Made by a program: the position numbers and the translations under genes. Below are positions 62,773-64,000 of a stretch of DNA of 64,000 nucleotides, piece after piece. This DNA comes from Escherichia phage slur09. Location of the stretch: the sequence record NC_028840.1. The stretch is one strand, 5' to 3'. The notes beneath the pieces are model-generated. The model saw only the letters and a list, made by a program, of their open reading frames with translations. It did not search any database and had not been told where the DNA came from. Positions within the stretch are counted from its first letter, which is position 1. Every line of letters starts with the position of its first letter.

Positions 62773-63157
62773 GTGGTATATCCTGGGAGCAGGTCTAGCG
62801 ATAGGCATCGGGTTCGGTGCTTATCACTTAGTTAATAAGGTTGAGACTCTAGCAGGTGATCTTGCAGTAGCTACTAAAAAGATTTCTTCTCTAGAGACTT
62901 CCCTTAATAAGGTGAAAGCTGAAAGCGAACTTCGTGAGACTAGAATGAATCAGTATTTCACGATGAATAATATTTCGCAAGCAGATCTAGACAAAAAGAT
63001 TAAGCAGTTAGACAAAGCTCTTAGTCGCCAAGATATTATAGCTGCAAAGCCTGGATTGGTAACATTAATTGCTAAAAAGCAGAATAAAGAGTTCGAGGAA
63101 AGATTAGCGTGTTTAACTGGAAACTTGGAATACTGCTCGCAGCCGCAATCACAATAA
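62729..63157 (+). CDS. hypothetical membrane-anchored coiled-coil protein (overlaps upstream gene)
   Basis: ORF track; N-terminal hydrophobic segment. Confidence 0.4.
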   Translation: MDLIQKLLSGIWHGKWYILGAGLAIGIGFGAYHLVNKVETLAGDLAVATKKISSLETSLNKVKAESELRETRMNQYFTMNNISQADLDKKIKQLDKALSRQDIIAAKPGLVTLIAKKQNKEFEERLACLTGNLEYCSQPQSQ

Positions 63158-63462
63158 CAGGCTGTGCAGAAGAAATAAAACCAGAGCCATCTCATGAGTT
63201 AAAGCAAGCTCATGTAGACTGGCCTAAAGGACTTCAACCTTGTAGCTTTGACTTTAAGTTTGAAAAGAAACTAGCTACAAATGGAGAAGATGGCGTAGTA
63301 GTTGTTGTACCATATAAAGATTGGAATGCAAAAGCAAAATGTGAGGAAGCAGTTTACTCTTACATTTCACGACTGACTGGTATGGTTTGCTTCTATCGCC
63401 AAGATTTACAAGAAAAACGTTGCTTAGTTTACTATCCACCAATTAACAATAGGAAAGATTAA
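63109..63462 (+). CDS. putative lipoprotein (lipobox ITGC)
   Basis: 117 aa; MFNWKLGILLAAAITITGC signal/lipobox. Confidence 0.5.
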   Translation: MFNWKLGILLAAAITITGCAEEIKPEPSHELKQAHVDWPKGLQPCSFDFKFEKKLATNGEDGVVVVVPYKDWNAKAKCEEAVYSYISRLTGMVCFYRQDLQEKRCLVYYPPINNRKD

Positions 63463-63463
63463 T

Positions 63464-64000
63464 GTGGTGACACAAGAAAGATTAAAGGAATTACTTGAAT
63501 ATACCCCTGATACTGGATTATTTACTAGATTAGTGAGTGTTGGTAATCAAAAAGCGGGTAATATTGCAGGTACACTTAGGAAAGATGGGTATATACAAAT
63601 AAAGGTAGATGGAAAACCTTACCTAGCACATCAGCTAGCATTCCTTTATATGGAGGGCTATTTTCCTGAGATGGTGGATCACATAAACCGCGTAGGTGGT
63701 GACAATCGTTGGCTAAATCTTAGAGAGTCCAATAACCAAGAAAACCAGAGAAATAAAGCTGCCAGAAGTAAATCTGGTTATCTAGGAGTTAGCTGGAAGA
63801 AACGTGACCAGAAGTGGGAAGTAAACGTTGCTAATTCTAAGGGTAATAATATATACGGAGGTCACTTTGATTACCTATATCTAGGATCCGCCGTTAAAAG
63901 AGCCAATGAACTTCGTTTACAATTGCACGGTGAAAATGCTGTTATAGAAACTTTTGATTCTACAAAATCTTTACCAACTTTAGAGGAACTTAATAAATGA
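63464..64000 (+). CDS. HNH-family homing endonuclease
   Basis: 178 aa; N-terminus MVTQERLKELLEYTPDTGLFTRLVS homologous to 8277..8753 and 15805..16338; ends with a stop at the window edge. Confidence 0.7.
   Translation: MVTQERLKELLEYTPDTGLFTRLVSVGNQKAGNIAGTLRKDGYIQIKVDGKPYLAHQLAFLYMEGYFPEMVDHINRVGGDNRWLNLRESNNQENQRNKAARSKSGYLGVSWKKRDQKWEVNVANSKGNNIYGGHFDYLYLGSAVKRANELRLQLHGENAVIETFDSTKSLPTLEELNK

Overview
This window reads as the early-gene and replication region of a T5-like siphovirus (Demerecviridae/Tequintavirus-like), in reverse orientation relative to the usual T5 map. All calls are from reading the sequence and the supplied ORF track by eye; no search or folding tool was run. Bases 1-3426 are the 3' part of the L-shaped tail fibre gene. 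Bases 3.4-31.8 kb are a minus-strand block: dUTPase, flap endonuclease, SbcCD-like nuclease, helicases, family-A DNA polymerase, primase, a two-ORF NAD-dependent ligase, a Sir2-like protein and anaerobic RNR NrdD, with three related HNH endonucleases interspersed. Bases 32-44 kb are a plus-strand nucleotide-metabolism block: PhoH, NrdA, NrdB, DHFR, thymidylate synthase, RNase H, a NADAR-domain protein and a cell-wall hydrolase. Bases 44.5-58.3 kb are a dense tRNA cluster (about 26 tRNAs folded by hand) mixed with small ORFs, two T5orf172 (GIY-YIG-like) genes and a convergent SPFH/membrane-protein module. Bases 58-64 kb carry small early genes and another HNH endonuclease. At least 16 promoters of the form TTGCTW-N17-TATAAT with a conserved downstream ATAAATT motif recur throughout. 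The most unusual content is in the tRNA cluster: three tRNA-like elements whose anticodon arm carries a 48-59-nt insertion, two long inverted-repeat hairpins, two ORF-free promoter-driven RNA regions, and tRNAs with atypical scaffolds (long variable arm with Asn or Thr anticodons, short variable arm with Leu anticodons). tRNA coordinates are hand-derived and may be off by a few bases.
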